From Eledone cirrhosa (Eukaryota): a DNA stretch of 64,000 nucleotides. Positions 42,580-56,071 of this stretch are shown here, piece after piece. The DNA is taken from contig OZ024749.1 of the NCBI GenBank assembly GCA_964016885.1, positions 54,126,001 to 54,190,000 of the forward strand, given 5' to 3'. The position numbers and the translations under genes were made by a program. Every line of letters begins with the position of its first letter. The first letter of the stretch is position 1. The notes beneath the pieces were generated by a model. It made no database searches, was not told the DNA's origin, and saw nothing but the letters and a program-made list of their open reading frames with translations.

Positions 42580-43960
42580 TTAAGCCTTCCAGAACCCAGG
42601 AGACCTCTGTTGCCCCCACACTCACCCACTTTGACGACAACTAATTTCATCTTATTTCAGTATTTTTCTTCTTCATTGGAAAACAATTTAATTTCCTTCA
42701 CTTATCTTCACAATTCTTCAGACAATTACTATTCCTTATTATGTAGGGGTGAGTGAGGGTTCTTACAGATTCTTCCTCCCACATAAAACATTTAATGTTT
42801 CTGCACTTAGCTGAGATGAGAAAGAAAGATTTTCTTTTTACATTTATGCTGTTTATCAATATAAAGTTTTAAAAAAAGATAGACACCTGCGATGGTGCTT
42901 GTTTATTCCAACACCATTGCCCCACTATCAGGCATGGCAATGCTGCAAGTGTGTTGGCTTGCCTCAAACATTATTAGATGGAGGTTCCAGCACCCCTTGT
43001 TGTTGTGTGTCATTCGGTGTGCTTGCTTGTCTTCTCCCCTCCTCCCACACCTTTTTTCTTCTTCTTCTTTATTAACCACCCGTCATTCCCATCCCCATTT
43101 TTATTTTCTTCCAATATGAAGATTATAAATATGATAGGAGTAAAAGGAAGAACAAAGTTAATAATGGTTGTGAAGATAAATATCTAGATGTGAATGAAAA
43201 TAAAAATAGTTTATTAGATTTAAGATTTTTAAAATTAGATGACGCTTTTTTTTTTTAAATCTTACTATAAGAATTGCCTTGAGCTGCCTTGAGCAGTACA
43301 GCAACTGATTTCCCAAAGAGTTTACCCCCTAGCTGCTTTGCAGATTTCCTTGCTTCCCATTTTTTTCTTTATCTTGCTTTTTTTTAAAGCTTATTTTACC
43401 TCCTGTTGGCCTTCCTGTTTAAATTTTTTACTTTATTTTATTTTTTAAATTCTTATTTATATTTTTATATTCACTTATCTCTATCTTGTTTTGTTTTGTT
43501 GTTGTTTCTCAACTGTAAGACATACTAGATACTTTCCCTAGTCTGTCATGGCTTACTAGCTCTATACAGACATGAAATAAATGAATAAATAAATATCAGC
43601 TGTTTTTTTCTTCTATTCTATGACTCTCATAAAATCTAGATATTTATTAAAACAAACGACTTTTTTCTTTCATAGATAAATCTGTATTTTTCTCGATAAC
43701 TAATAAAAAAAATAAATTCAATAATCTTTTATTCTGTTCTAAGAATTTCCAAGTATTCTTTCACCAATAATGACAACGAAAAACAGTTATTTCTCATTCT
43801 TTTAAATTTAATTCCTTTAACAATTTTAGAAGTAGGGCATGCTAGAATTGGCTAAAAAAAAAAACCCAAAACAAACAAATCCTGAAAGATGATATAGTAT
43901 TCAAACGGGGCGATATTGTATTCTGCTTCAAATACATACAGTCTCAATTCAGTAAAAAAA

Positions 43961-44289
43961 TACCACATGAGACATATTATATCGAGAAGTAGAAAGCTGT
44001 ATCTTAGTACCACATGAGACATATTATATTGTGAAGTAGAAAGCTGTATCTTAGTACCACATCAGACATATTATATTGTGAAGTAGAAAGCTGTATCTTA
44101 GTACCACATCAGACATATTATATTATGAAGTAGAAAGCTGTATCTTAGTACCACATGAGACATATTATATTGTGAAGTAGAAAGCTGTATCTTAGTACCA
44201 CATGAGACATATTATATTGTGAAGTAGAAAGCTGTATCTTAGTACCACATCAGACATATTATATTGTGAAGTAGAAAGCTGTATCTTAG
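43961..44289 (+). repeat. 47-bp minisatellite x7
   Basis: taccacatgagacatattatattgtgaagtagaaagctgtatcttag. Confidence 0.92.
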
Positions 44290-44344
44290 AAACCATTTAT
44301 TTCAATATATTCTTGTTCTTGTGATGTTTTATAGCATAACAATG

Positions 44345-44575
44345 GAAAGACCAATGGGAATATTGTTTCCTAGGTCTGATCTGGTGGTCAGCTCATTTTT
44401 TCTGCCAGGAGTTTTGACCAGTAGATAGAGTGTCCTCACTCTAAAGACCAATGGAAACATTGTTTCCTTGGTCTAGTTTGATAACCAGCTCCTTTCTTCT
44501 GCCAGGAGTTGTGACTGGTAGATAGTATCAGTAATGGAAAGACCAATGGTAACATTGTTTTCTTGGTCTGATTTG
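44345..44575 (+). repeat. Diverged ~96-bp tandem, ~2.5 copies
   Basis: aaagaccaatgg recurs at ~44347, 44443, 44538. Confidence 0.7.
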
Positions 44576-45600
44576 ACAATTTCCACACCTACTCGGTTTG
44601 TGAATGAGATTTGGGATCTTGTTGATCAAACTCTATAATACTTCCAGATAAATCACAGCTGTATAGTTAATACAATGTTTTGTTTTAAGTTTTTTGAACA
44701 TCGACTCAAACAACTAAAGTCTAAGATGACTCCAAGACATTTTTCTGGTAAATGACATTTCTGTTCACAACTACGTTTATACAGATTTACTTTCTTGTAT
44801 GACCCTTCTCCAATATTACGACCCTTACAAACCCTATCATTCTCCTTCACAGTAATTATTATACTTTCTTGCATCAGGCCAGTGCTTATCCCAGTTTTTG
44901 TGGTGTGAAGTAATTGAGAGCCCAAAACTAACCCCAACCCCCCTGGACAGGACACCAGTCCATCACAGAGTTAAACTCCCCAGCTATTGCTGGTGGTACT
45001 CTCATTTTCAACTGAGTTTACTAGAGCAACATGGAATGAAGTGTTTTGCTCAAGTCGAGAAATCAAATCCACAACATTATGATTACAAGTCCAGCAACCT
45101 TATCACTAGGCCTCATATTTTCACACACTTGTTGCTACCATCTCACGTTATTACCAACTGCACTTATAAAAAGCTTTTAAGATTCCATATATACAGCAAT
45201 ATTGTTTATGACTAACCGGTGCTTCTTGGGAAATATAATCAAATATTTAGTACAGACGCGAACAAAATTATCGATATAAAGAATTTTTATTTCTTTATAT
45301 CAATATTAAGATGCCTAGGAGACGTGGGGGGGGGGGGGGGAATAGAAATGAGGCCATTAAATGTGTAGACGATGGTGGTGATGGAAGCTTGGTGATAAAT
45401 GGAGCATATAGCCAGACTATGTCAGGTGAATAGTTCGAAAGATTATATTTTTTTAAATGCAAGCATGCACATGTGTGTGTGTGTGTGTATATATATGTAG
45501 GGTATCCCCAAAAATGTATACACACTGATTAGAATGCTTTTGAAGTGTGTCTACAATTTTTGGGACACCCTGTATATATATATATATATATATTTATATA

Positions 45601-45798
45601 TAACGAAGGAAGTGTGGTAAGGAACCAGGTGGACCATAACAGACCAGAGTACTCGATACTTTGGGTAGTAGAGTGGGTAATAGGAAAAGAGTCAGGACCC
45701 CGATGGCAGAGCTCAAGCCGTTTCGACAGCTAGATCTGGACTGAAATAGCTGTCGAAACGGCTTGAGTTCTGCCGTCGGGGCCCTGACTATTTTCCTA
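45601..45798 (-). mobile_element. Family A element with fold-back
   Basis: Same sequence and hairpin as 25134..25330, diverged; between (TA)n tracts. Confidence 0.82.
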
Positions 45799-46210
45799 TA
45801 TATATATATATGTGTGTGTGTCTGTGTGTGTGTACACATACATCTTTAATATATGAGCAGCTACATTTTGTTTGTATGGTATATAACAGTGGTCTCAAAC
45901 TGAAGGACTCAAAACTCAAAAGGATCATTACATCCCCTAGGAAGAGGTCAGAAAAACGAAAAGTGAGCCGAGATGAGGAGTGGGTTGGAATTTCCACCAG
46001 TTACAATACTAATCTACAACACATCTGAGAGCCACTATCTATTTTTTTTTTATTTCACTGTAATAGATACACATAATAGTAATCAGGATATGGGAATTAG
46101 TACAAAATGTAACAAATTTTCTCTTTCAAATTTTTGCTTGCTTCTGTTTTTACTTTTGATAAATACTGTTCTTTTTTTAAAACTATTTTATTATATTTTG
46201 TGGGTTGATG

Positions 46211-46241
<31 letters not shown>

Positions 46242-46286
46242 ATAAGGAAAAGCGAAGTAGTTTCAGATGTTCAAGTCCTTTAATAA

Positions 46287-46467
46287 TAATTGTTTCTACT
46301 TTTGGCACAAGGCCAGCAATTACCCAGTACATTACTGGTACTTTATTTTATCAACCCCGTAAGGATGAAAGGCAAAGTTAACCTCGGCGGGATTTGAACT
46401 CAGATCATAAAGGGACGTAACTCTATGCTTCAAAGCATGGCATCCGACTCTCTACCGATACTGCCAA
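46287..46467 (-). mobile_element. tRNA-derived SINE (Nin/Deu-like core)
   Basis: Reverse copy of the same family. Confidence 0.8.
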
Positions 46468-46624
46468 TAATGCTGTGATATATATTTACCTTAAGTTTAT
46501 ATATATATATCATCATCATCAACCAATATATATGTAAGTAAAAGGTAAACAGAAATAACAATACAATCGGTACAGTATATGGAAGGTATATATTAGGTTA
46601 AAACTTGATACAGCAGGAAGAAGG

Positions 46625-46660
46625 TCTTAACATTTCGGACACTAGTCCTTCATCAGAAGA
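46625..46660 (-). ncRNA. Minimal Penelope-type hammerhead ribozyme fold
   Basis: Minus strand: tctt-CTGATGA-a-ggac(tagt)gtcc-GAAA-tg-TT|aaga; resembles the minimal CTGATGAA...CCGAAACGTT motif with one CpG>TpG change. Confidence 0.7.
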
Positions 46661-46789
46661 AAGAATGAGAAATAAGATAGATTGAGGGGTTGGGTGGGTT
46701 GGAATTGGAAAAAATGTCTTTAGATAAAAATAACAGGTCCATTCATGTTGACATCAGTTATTCAGGATGTTGAACTGGTTGGCGCTAAG

Positions 46790-46881
46790 CTGTCGGATCC
46801 TCACTCTTTTCTTATTACCCACTCTACTACCCTAAGTATTGAGTACTCCGGTGCCTTATGGTCCTCCACACCTCCTTTGTT
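46790..46881 (+). mobile_element. Family A tail fragment
   Basis: cttattacccactctactaccctaagtattgagtactccggtgccttatggtcc...tttgtta(TA)n. Confidence 0.75.
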
Positions 46882-46990
46882 ATATATATATATATATATT
46901 GTTATACTATTGTCATGCTCCCAAAGTATAACAATATTTGTTTCAACATACGTTTTCAGATAAGAAATCTTGCAAAACAAATGCAAAAAA

Positions 46991-47033
<43 letters not shown>

Positions 47034-47439
47034 TACATATATATAAAATATATATATATATAAACTGATTTTGATTAATTACAACATACTATAATCTCTA
47101 TTAACAGTATTTCATTTAACACAATATCTTACACAGATATACAAAGACTGATTGACTGTGTTGAGTGAAGGGATTGTTGCAGTTTAACTTTACTAAGCAA
47201 TCTTATATAAGTTAGTCACACTTCACAACACTGTTTCAGATTTCTTTCAGAAAAAAATAAAAGTGTTGTGGGACCAAAGAAATATGTTCAGGTAAAGATA
47301 TGAGTATATAGGCCAAATAGCTTTGATTGTGAGTCATCTTGGTGTGTGGCATGCAATATATACAGACAAACTGGGTATATAAAAGTTTGCTTTTGTTGTT
47401 GTTCAAATGTATGTCATATTTATTTGTACCTGTAAGTGT

Positions 47440-47991
47440 TTTTTGTGTTTGTAGATTGAGTAGTTAAGAGGTTCACACTTATGAATGAAGTACTGGGTCC
47501 TATCTCATTGTGTGACAACTTGGTTTTATGTGTTTGTAGATTGAGTAGTTAAGAAGTTCACACTTATGAATGAAGTACTGGGTCCTATCTCATTGTGTGA
47601 CAACTTGGTTTTATGTGTTTGTAGATTGAGTAGTTAAGAGGTTCACACTTATGAATGAAGTACTGGGTCCTATCTCATTGTGTGACAACTTGGTTTTATG
47701 TGTTTGTAGATTGAGTAGTTAAGAAGTTCACACTTATGAATGAAGTACTGGGTCCTATCTCATTGTGTGACAACTTGGTTTTATGTGTTTGTAGATTGAG
47801 TAGTTAAGAAGTTCACACTTATGAATGAAGTACTGGGTCCTATCTCATTGTGTGACAACTTGGTTTTATGTGTTTGTAGATTGAGTAGTTAAGAAGTTCA
47901 CACTTATGAATGAAGTACTGGGTCCTATCTCATTGTGTGACAACTTGGTTTTATGTGTTTGTAGATTGAGTAGTTAAGAAGTTCACACTTA
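47440..47991 (+). repeat. 85-bp minisatellite, ~6.5 copies, SINE-head-like
   Basis: Period 85 (47451, 47536...); unit resembles a decayed tRNA-SINE head. Confidence 0.88.
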
Positions 47992-48418
47992 AGGTGTCAT
48001 CCTCAGCCCAGCCTTGATCAATATAATTAATGTTCTAATCCTCAGCTCAGCTCTAGGTATCATCCTCAGCTCAGATCAAGACAATTGATGCTATCATCCT
48101 CAGCTCAGCCTTTGCTGGCCCTTACAAAAAATACAGCTGTAGACCTGGCGGTGCCAATTCTCTCTCCAGGTTGTAAGACACAGCCAACTTCTACTGTAGA
48201 AAGGGAGAGGGTGAGAAAGGGAGAAAGTGAGAAAGAGATATAGAGGAAGAACGACTCCAGTACAGGACTGGTACTTTTTTTTTAAAAATCAACCTCAAAA
48301 GGATGAATGGCAAAGTTGACCAGCCGGATTTAATACTGCAGACGTTCTAATGACTCAGACAATTCTCCATTTTTTGTTTTATATAAATATGACTAACATA
48401 ATGGGGTAGGCAATAGTT

Positions 48419-48449
<31 letters not shown>

Positions 48450-48476
48450 TATTTGTATATATATATATTTATATAC

Positions 48477-48513
<37 letters not shown>

Positions 48514-48725
48514 TATATACATATATATATATGTATATATATATATATTTATATATATATGTATATATATATATATATTTATATATATGTATATTTATAT
48601 ATATATCATCATCATCGTTAAACGATGATGATGATGATATATATTTATATATATATATAGAGAGAGAGAGAGAAAAGGTTTCTACAGGACTAGAACTGTT
48701 TCATTCGTGAGAAATCATCACGTCA

Positions 48726-48774
48726 GCTTCCTGATGATTTCTCCCGAATGAAACAGTTCTAGTCTTGTAGAAGC
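48726..48774 (+). ncRNA. Type I hammerhead ribozyme fold (U-U at base of stem II)
   Basis: gcttc-CTGATGA-tttc(tccc)gaat-GAAA-cag(ttctagtc)ttg-TA|gaagc; perfect 5-bp stem I, GUA cleavage triplet. Confidence 0.7.
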
Positions 48775-50213
48775 CTTTTCTATATTAAATATTTATACTC
48801 TGCCTTGTATTGAGTACCTTACTTACTGTGGTTAATCCCAGTTGAACCCGGGATACACTTATATATATATATATTCTCAAGTTGCTGAGACTCACAGGGG
48901 AGATGATGAAGGAACTCAACAAATGGAGGAATGCTGGGCTGAAAAGAACCCATCCAACCTATGCAGACATGGAAAAAAGGATGTAAAAACTTTAAAATAG
49001 CTTTTTTTTTAATGTTTCCATGGGAAGTGTGCCAGTAATTATTTCTATTTGACCTCCAGTGTTCTACAAATTGTCAAAAAAAGGTTAAAAACAACAACAG
49101 CCTAGCAAGCACCAACAACAACAACTATTAACAAACGAACCAGTGCCTTAACCATTAAGTTATCGTATTTCCAGTGAAATACACTGCTTGGTGTGTTTCA
49201 ATATATTTTGAAAATAACAAAATATTTGGAAGGATTTAGTAAAAGTAACCAAGGTTTTTTCAGAAGTAAACTGATAAAAATATTTAACAAACATTTCTAA
49301 AATAAAATTATAATGGAAAGGATTTAATAAACATTTAAAAATATGTAGTTTTGTGTTGTAAATCCAGGGGCGGTTTCAGGTGGTTTTATATCAAAAGGGT
49401 TAAAGCAACTTGTTTGACAAACCAGCTGGGAGCAAAGCCACTTGTAAGTAAGTGGTAAACTTACTCTGTCATCCCTTTGCCAGATTTAACCCCATCGCAT
49501 GGCCCTTGGGAGTTTTTATTGGAGTCCCCTTTCAGCAAATATTCAGGTCACGTTTTTGAAAACCCTGAAAAAAAGGGATGTTGTGTTTCTTCTTGTCTAA
49601 ATTATAAAAAATTAAAAAAATGGGTTTCGTAGGTATTTCGACCATGTGATTTCAATTAATAGAACGATTAATTAAAAAGCATGTTTCTGACTTTTAGGAG
49701 ATAAATAAATGGGAGTTTGTGGTGTTCATGCTTTTCTTGAAGACATTAGAGAAAAGATTATCGTCAGGTTTTTGACTAAACAAAAGGCCAGTTATAGTAT
49801 ATCAACCATAGTACAGTGTTTGTTGTTATGTATCCTAGAAGAATGGAAAAACAAAGAGAACTTGAACAGAGATCGAACTCAGAACGGGTGGAGGTTCGAC
49901 AGAATCATATCATTAGAATATCGGGAAAACTTTAACAGAGATCGAACTCAGAACAGTCTGTGGTTTGACTAAGTCATCAGAACTTCGGATACAAAAACCT
50001 ATTATATTTAATTGGGGCCATTTTACGATCTAATTTCAAATCCGGCCAAACTATCTTTCCTTCCGGAATCGATAAAATAAAATAGCAATTAAGTGCTGTG
50101 GGGAATTTAATATTCCTTATATGGTGTGAATGGAATTTAATATGACACCTCGAAGATATAGAATTAATTGTTGTAATTAATCTTCGATTGGATTAATGTA
50201 AATAATGAGAATA

Positions 50214-50826
50214 ATGGTTTCTGGTTGAGGCACAAGGCCAGCAATTTGAAGGGAAAGGGAGAGTGGAAAGTCGATTAAATCGACCTCAGTGCGTTACAGG
50301 TACTTTATTTTATCGTCCAGGCCCCGCAAGGATGAAAGGCTAACCTCGATGGGATTTGAACTCAGAATTTAAAGAAGCGGGAAGAATATTGCTACACATT
50401 TGTTCGACGCTCCAATAATATTAAATAATAATAATTATTATATTTGTTTTTGTGGCGTCGGACAACATGCTTTGCAGCATATAATTACGGCCCTTTACGT
50501 TCTGAGTTCAAATCTCGCTGGGGTAAGCCTTGCTCTTCATCCTTACGGGGGTCAATAAAATAAAGTACCAGTAATGTACTGGAGTCAATTTAATGTACTT
50601 TCCCCTCCCCCCCCACACATTGTTGGCCTTGGGTCTAATCAGAAACCGTTATTATTATTATTATTATCGACCACAACATACCAAGATTTCGGAGACAATA
50701 AATGAAGGACGAAATACAAATATAATTGTTTCTACTTTTGGCACAAGGCCAGCAATTATCCCAGTGTATTACTGATACTTTATTTTATCGACCCTGTAAG
50801 GATGAAAGGCAAAGTTAACCTCGGCG
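50214..50826. mobile_element. Cluster of three SINE copies in alternating orientation
   Basis: ~50214-50415 (-), ~50455-50650 (+), ~50724-50826 (-). Confidence 0.75.
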
Positions 50827-51365
50827 AAACACACATAATAATAGTTGTTAATTTAGGCAAAAAAAAGGCCAACAACAGGTTGTTGCAAGTCAATTATATC
50901 GACCTCAGTACATAACTGGTACTGATACTACTACTACTAATGATGATGATTTCTGTTCTTAAGGTGGAATAATTCCTGTGGTTTCCTGCAGGGCGGAAGA
51001 TATAGTGTGGAAAGAACAAAGAAGGATGCGTGTGACAAGACAATCGATAGCAAACAGTGGAAATGCATTCATATAAGAAGAAGGTAATGTCCATAGCCTG
51101 AAGGTGTGAGTGTGTATAGGTGTGGGTGTGTCTATAGGTGTGTGTGGGTGTGTGTATAGGTGTGAGTGTGTGAGTGTGTCTATAGGTGTGAGAGAGTGTG
51201 TATATATATAGGTGTGAATGTGTGTGAGTGTATAGGTGTGACAGTGTGCGTGTATATATATATATATATATATGCGTGTGTGTGAGTATGTTTATATAAT
51301 ATATATACACACGTGTATATATATATATACGTGTGTGTATATGCATGTGTGTATATATATATATA

Positions 51366-51399
<34 letters not shown>

Positions 51400-51559
51400 A
51401 TAGTGTGTGTGTACCATGTGTTCTATTTCATTTTTTTCCTATGTAACGCTGCCTTGTATAAGGAAACATACATACACGCATATATACACACATAAATATA
51501 TACACATAATTATACGATATATAAACATTCGTACACACAGACATATATACACACACACA

Positions 51560-51643
<84 letters not shown>

Positions 51644-51679
51644 AATATACCAATATACCATATATAAATAGAGATACCT

Positions 51680-51710
<31 letters not shown>

Positions 51711-51799
51711 CATATATATATTCCCGTGTTCTTTTAATTATCATTTTTTTGGTCAGCACAGCCAAGGCCATGTTGGAGCACGGCCTTCTATATATTTAT

Positions 51800-51833
<34 letters not shown>

Positions 51834-51991
51834 CGAGGGGTGGAGTGGGTGAAAAAAAAACGAGATAAGGTTGTTTGATGCAATAAAATAAAATAAAATG
51901 TTATGAAATAAGGTAGGATAAGATTATATAAAGTGTAAAGGTGTGAAAAAAGAAAAAGAAAAAGAAAAAGAAAAAGAAAAAGAAAACTTAC

Positions 51992-52373
51992 CTGCAACAA
52001 ATTGTACAATCCCCGCAATTTTAGCAAGTTTTTCCGAGATTAGATCGCTAACACAGAGTGCCATGAGGGCGGTGAGGGAAACAATAACAGCAATACCACA
52101 TCCCGTCCCTATGGTGATAGTTGCTATCTGTGAGGCGAGACTGGGTATATCCATGAAAGTTGTGTAACGTCCACACTCTTCCACAATAACAACAGATCCT
52201 GAACTGGAAAGGGACGGATAATTACATCTCCGAAATAAACCGAAATAGACTGGCACTGACCCTTTTGTTTTGCCCTCCAACCAAAACGGCATGTAAAGTC
52301 CAACACTAGCGGCGGCCGATGCTACGAACGAGAGAAATGCCCACACTACACCAACACCACTTAGACTCGACAT
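51992..52373 (-). CDS. LHFPL6: First coding exon of an LHFPL tetraspan subfamily member 6-like (LHFP) gene; 382 nt, phase-1 donor; remaining exons not found in window
   Basis: MSSLSGVGVVWAFLSFVASAAASVGLYMPFWLEG...FGLFRRCNYP...VEECGRYTTFMDIPS...GCG...LTALMALCVSDLIS...AGIVQFVAG aligns by eye, collinearly, with the LHFPL6 N-terminal region as recalled (W.LLSF, MPYW, FG.FRRC.YP, EECGRY, LTALM..CVSDLIS, GGIQFLGG). ATG at 52373-52371; canonical donor CAG|GTAAGT at 51992/51991. Confidence 0.92.
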
Positions 52374-53289
52374 TTTTAAAAACAAAATTGTGTATTATTT
52401 ATATATAGAAAGATAGATAGATAGATGGGTATATGTGTGTAAAAAAACAACAAGAGTTTAATAAAAAAATAAACTGGTAAAAATCGAATTTACCGTGTAT
52501 ACAACATGTATGGTCAAACAGATAGAAGGAAAAAAATTGAAATGGTTTAGAGGTGAATGGTTCTTAATCTTATACTTTCCGTTTGACACTATAAATGAAA
52601 TACTGTTGGTTATTCTTTCTTCTTGTTCTTGTTGTTGTTGTTGTTCGTGTGTTAAATGTCCAGCTTCTCTACGACTTATAATAAAACAGGTTTAATTCAT
52701 CTGTGGTTGGATAGTAACGATAGTAAAGCTACAATAGTTTAGTAAACAGTAACAGTAAATAGTAAATAGTTATGGTACTAATAATGCTGAAATGATTGTC
52801 TGGGACTAAGAAAATTATGTAAACAATTGTAAGGATAACTCGTGCTAGTAGTAAACAAGAGACAGAGAGACTGGGGGACAGAGAGAAAGTGGTGGTGTGG
52901 TTGTGGTCGTTAGTAGCTTTGTCCTGATCAACATGAAGATGAATACTACAATATCGATGGCCTAAGTGGTGGTGGCGGTTGTGGAAGGAGTCAGTAGCGA
53001 TGCCTGCCAGTGAAAGAACAAGAAGAATTCATTCTATATACACACACACGCAATCAGCTGGAAGTCCTCGTGCTTTTTGACCAAAGCTCTGTGTTTCGTT
53101 ACTTTTATCGCATACGTTTCTTATTTTTCTTTCTTTCGTGGAACGTATATTTAGTTATCTTTAATTTCCTTTTATCTCTTCTTCTTCTTCTTCGTTCTCT
53201 CTCTTTTCTTCTTTCTTTTCCTCCCTTTACCCTCGGTAAAAAGCTTCCTTCTGTACAGCCGAATCAATCCAGTTCCTATTTCAACAGAC

Positions 53290-53345
53290 ACTGACAGTCC
53301 CTAACTAGAAACTGACACCACCCACCCAGGTAAAACTGAAATATA
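53290..53345 (-). promoter_or_regulatory. Possible core promoter/initiator region of the LHFPL6-like gene
   Basis: Clustered TCAGTT/TCAGT initiator-like motifs on the minus strand (53339-53334, 53315-53310) at the end of a ~1 kb largely TE-free stretch upstream of the ATG; weak evidence. Confidence 0.2.
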
Positions 53346-54581
53346 TAACAAAATAAAGCCCCTCTCTCTCTTTCTTGGAGGCGTGACTGCTATTACTATT
53401 ATTATTATTATTATTATTATTATATTCTACAAGCACTCTTCTTCTTTGCATTCCTTCAATAATGTAAACACATGCACACACTCACATACATACACACACA
53501 CACTCTCACAGAGAGCTGGAGAGAGGAACCGGCTGATGATAATGGTTAGTAGAATTTAGAATTATTTCTGTAGAACGGTTATTCCCACCAGCGATCTCCG
53601 AAGGAATAACATTCAACAGCACTAGAGTTGCTATCTTCTTATGTATGGCCTTTTCTAACGTGTCTTTAATACTGTCGTAGCCGATACTGCTCCTGCTGAT
53701 AATAATAATCTCTCTTTTCCCAGTCTCCTGTCTCTCTCTCTCTCTCTCTCACACATTCTCTCTCTTTCTCTCTCATACTTTCTCATTCTCCCTACATGTG
53801 CGTGTGTGCGTCTCTGTGTATATATATATATATGTGTGTATGTGTGTACGTATGTGTGTGTGTGTACGTGTGTGTACGTATGTATGTGTGTATGTACGTG
53901 TGTGTATGTATGTATTGTGTGTACGTACGTATATATGTGTGTGTATGTACGTGTGTGCGTGTGCGTGAGGGGGGGGGGGCTTCAATAGAGATCGGAAGTA
54001 GATATGCCTTAAATAAATATATCTATACATTTATTTACAAATTTCTCAGAATTTCTGGCCCAGTGAAATATGTAGACAAGTGCGATAAACAATCTGACAA
54101 TGTAATTAATATTTTAAAAGGTTTATTGAAGGACCTAGATCTCACAACCCTTGGTCAAACAGACCAGTGATCAAAATCATTCCAACCACGACTATCACGT
54201 CTTTTACGTCTATATATATATATGTAGGTGTATATAGAACCACTTTATCCAATGTGAATTTTATACTGTATTTTTTTTGGAAAGACTGTAACGGTGTGAT
54301 TTCAGTTAGATTTGGCTGCTATTATTAGCAAATCGAATGACCTCATAGAGGCTCCTTTGACAACTCGTCAAGAGAGTGTAGTTAAAAGTTATTGACAAAC
54401 AACAATGTTTTATCAATGGACGGTGGTGTGGGTGAGGGATGGTGGGGGTGGGATACACACACGCACTACATATTACTTGCAAATATAAATATATAAGGGT
54501 TTCTTTTATAATGACAGTGTTTATATGAAGTTAGGTTTAACATAATTTATAATACACGCACACACGCCCATACACACATGC

Positions 54582-54661
<80 letters not shown>

Positions 54662-54675
54662 TATATATATATATA

Positions 54676-54987
<312 letters not shown>

Positions 54988-55328
54988 TATATATATATAA
55001 ATATATATATATCACATAAGAAACGGAGAATCAGTGGTGCTACGAATAATTATTATACTCTGCTCTGTAAAAGCTTTGAGTGCTCAAACAGCCTGCCGCT
55101 TATGGACGCTTTAAGCATCCCACACCAATTGTATATATTGTGTAATCCATCCGCTTCCCCCAGAGACGGTTTCTAAGATGTTTGACCATCATAGCTGTCT
55201 CAGCAGAGGAAGAAATAAAGATGGAATATAAATATATAAAAAGTGGTGCCAGACACACGAACACACCAAGTCATAGACTAGATACTAAGAAAGTAATGTT
55301 GGTTGGTTGGTGTATGTATGTATGTATG

Positions 55329-55363
<35 letters not shown>

Positions 55364-55870
55364 AGTGTAACTTGGAGTTACTGTAGGTTCACCCGGGTGA
55401 GCACTCGATGTTTAGGTTCACTTCTATGTCGAGGTGTAGAGTGTATTATATTGAATATTTTTTTTTTTTTTTTTGCTACTAGCATTTCAAAGGGTCCGTC
55501 GAGCTGCGGATTATTGAGTCGGGTAAAATCGATACAGATCGAACCTTGAGCTGATCAGTGGCGAAACGCGCGTCACCTACCAATAAATGTAATGAAGGAG
55601 TAACCAATCGTCCTTGTTATCTTTTCAATATATCTCTATATATATATACGACCTTCTATACACTATCCTTAGAATCTGCTGTAGTTTTCACTTTCAACGC
55701 TTGACTGGGTTTCCTCCACTCCCTCTCCCTCTTTCTTCTACTGGTAAGTTTAGAATCATGTGTCTTAACAACAAACTTTTGACCAATCCTTGTGACAATC
55801 ACTTTTACCATATAAAGAATTACCCCCTGAGAAGTTCAGCTATTCATTTACCAGGCTAAAAATGTTCATT

Positions 55871-56008
55871 TAGTCTAGAATTAGCCGTCGAAACGGCTTG
55901 AGCTCAGCCGTCGGGGTCCTATTTGTTCCTATTACCCACTCTACTACCCTAAGTATTGTGTACTTTGGTGCGTTATGGTCCATCTGGTTCCTTACCACAT
56001 TTACCTCG

Positions 56009-56011
<3 letters not shown>
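55871..56011 (+). mobile_element. Family A element, no fold-back
   Basis: tagccgtcGAAAcggcttgagctcagccgTCgggg plus tail ending in (TA)n. Confidence 0.82.

Positions 56012-56071
<60 letters not shown>

Noticed and set aside
43961-44289. Regular arrays resembling CRISPR (also 5705-6735, 12500-13235, 47440-47991)
   Set aside because: Head-to-tail units with no unique spacers, eukaryotic context and no cas genes.
44560-44860. EKCLGVILD peptide suggesting a CR1/L2 RT remnant
   Set aside because: Single short motif; too weak to annotate without a search.
53530-53640. CTGATGA near small hairpins
   Set aside because: No GAAA at a suitable position.
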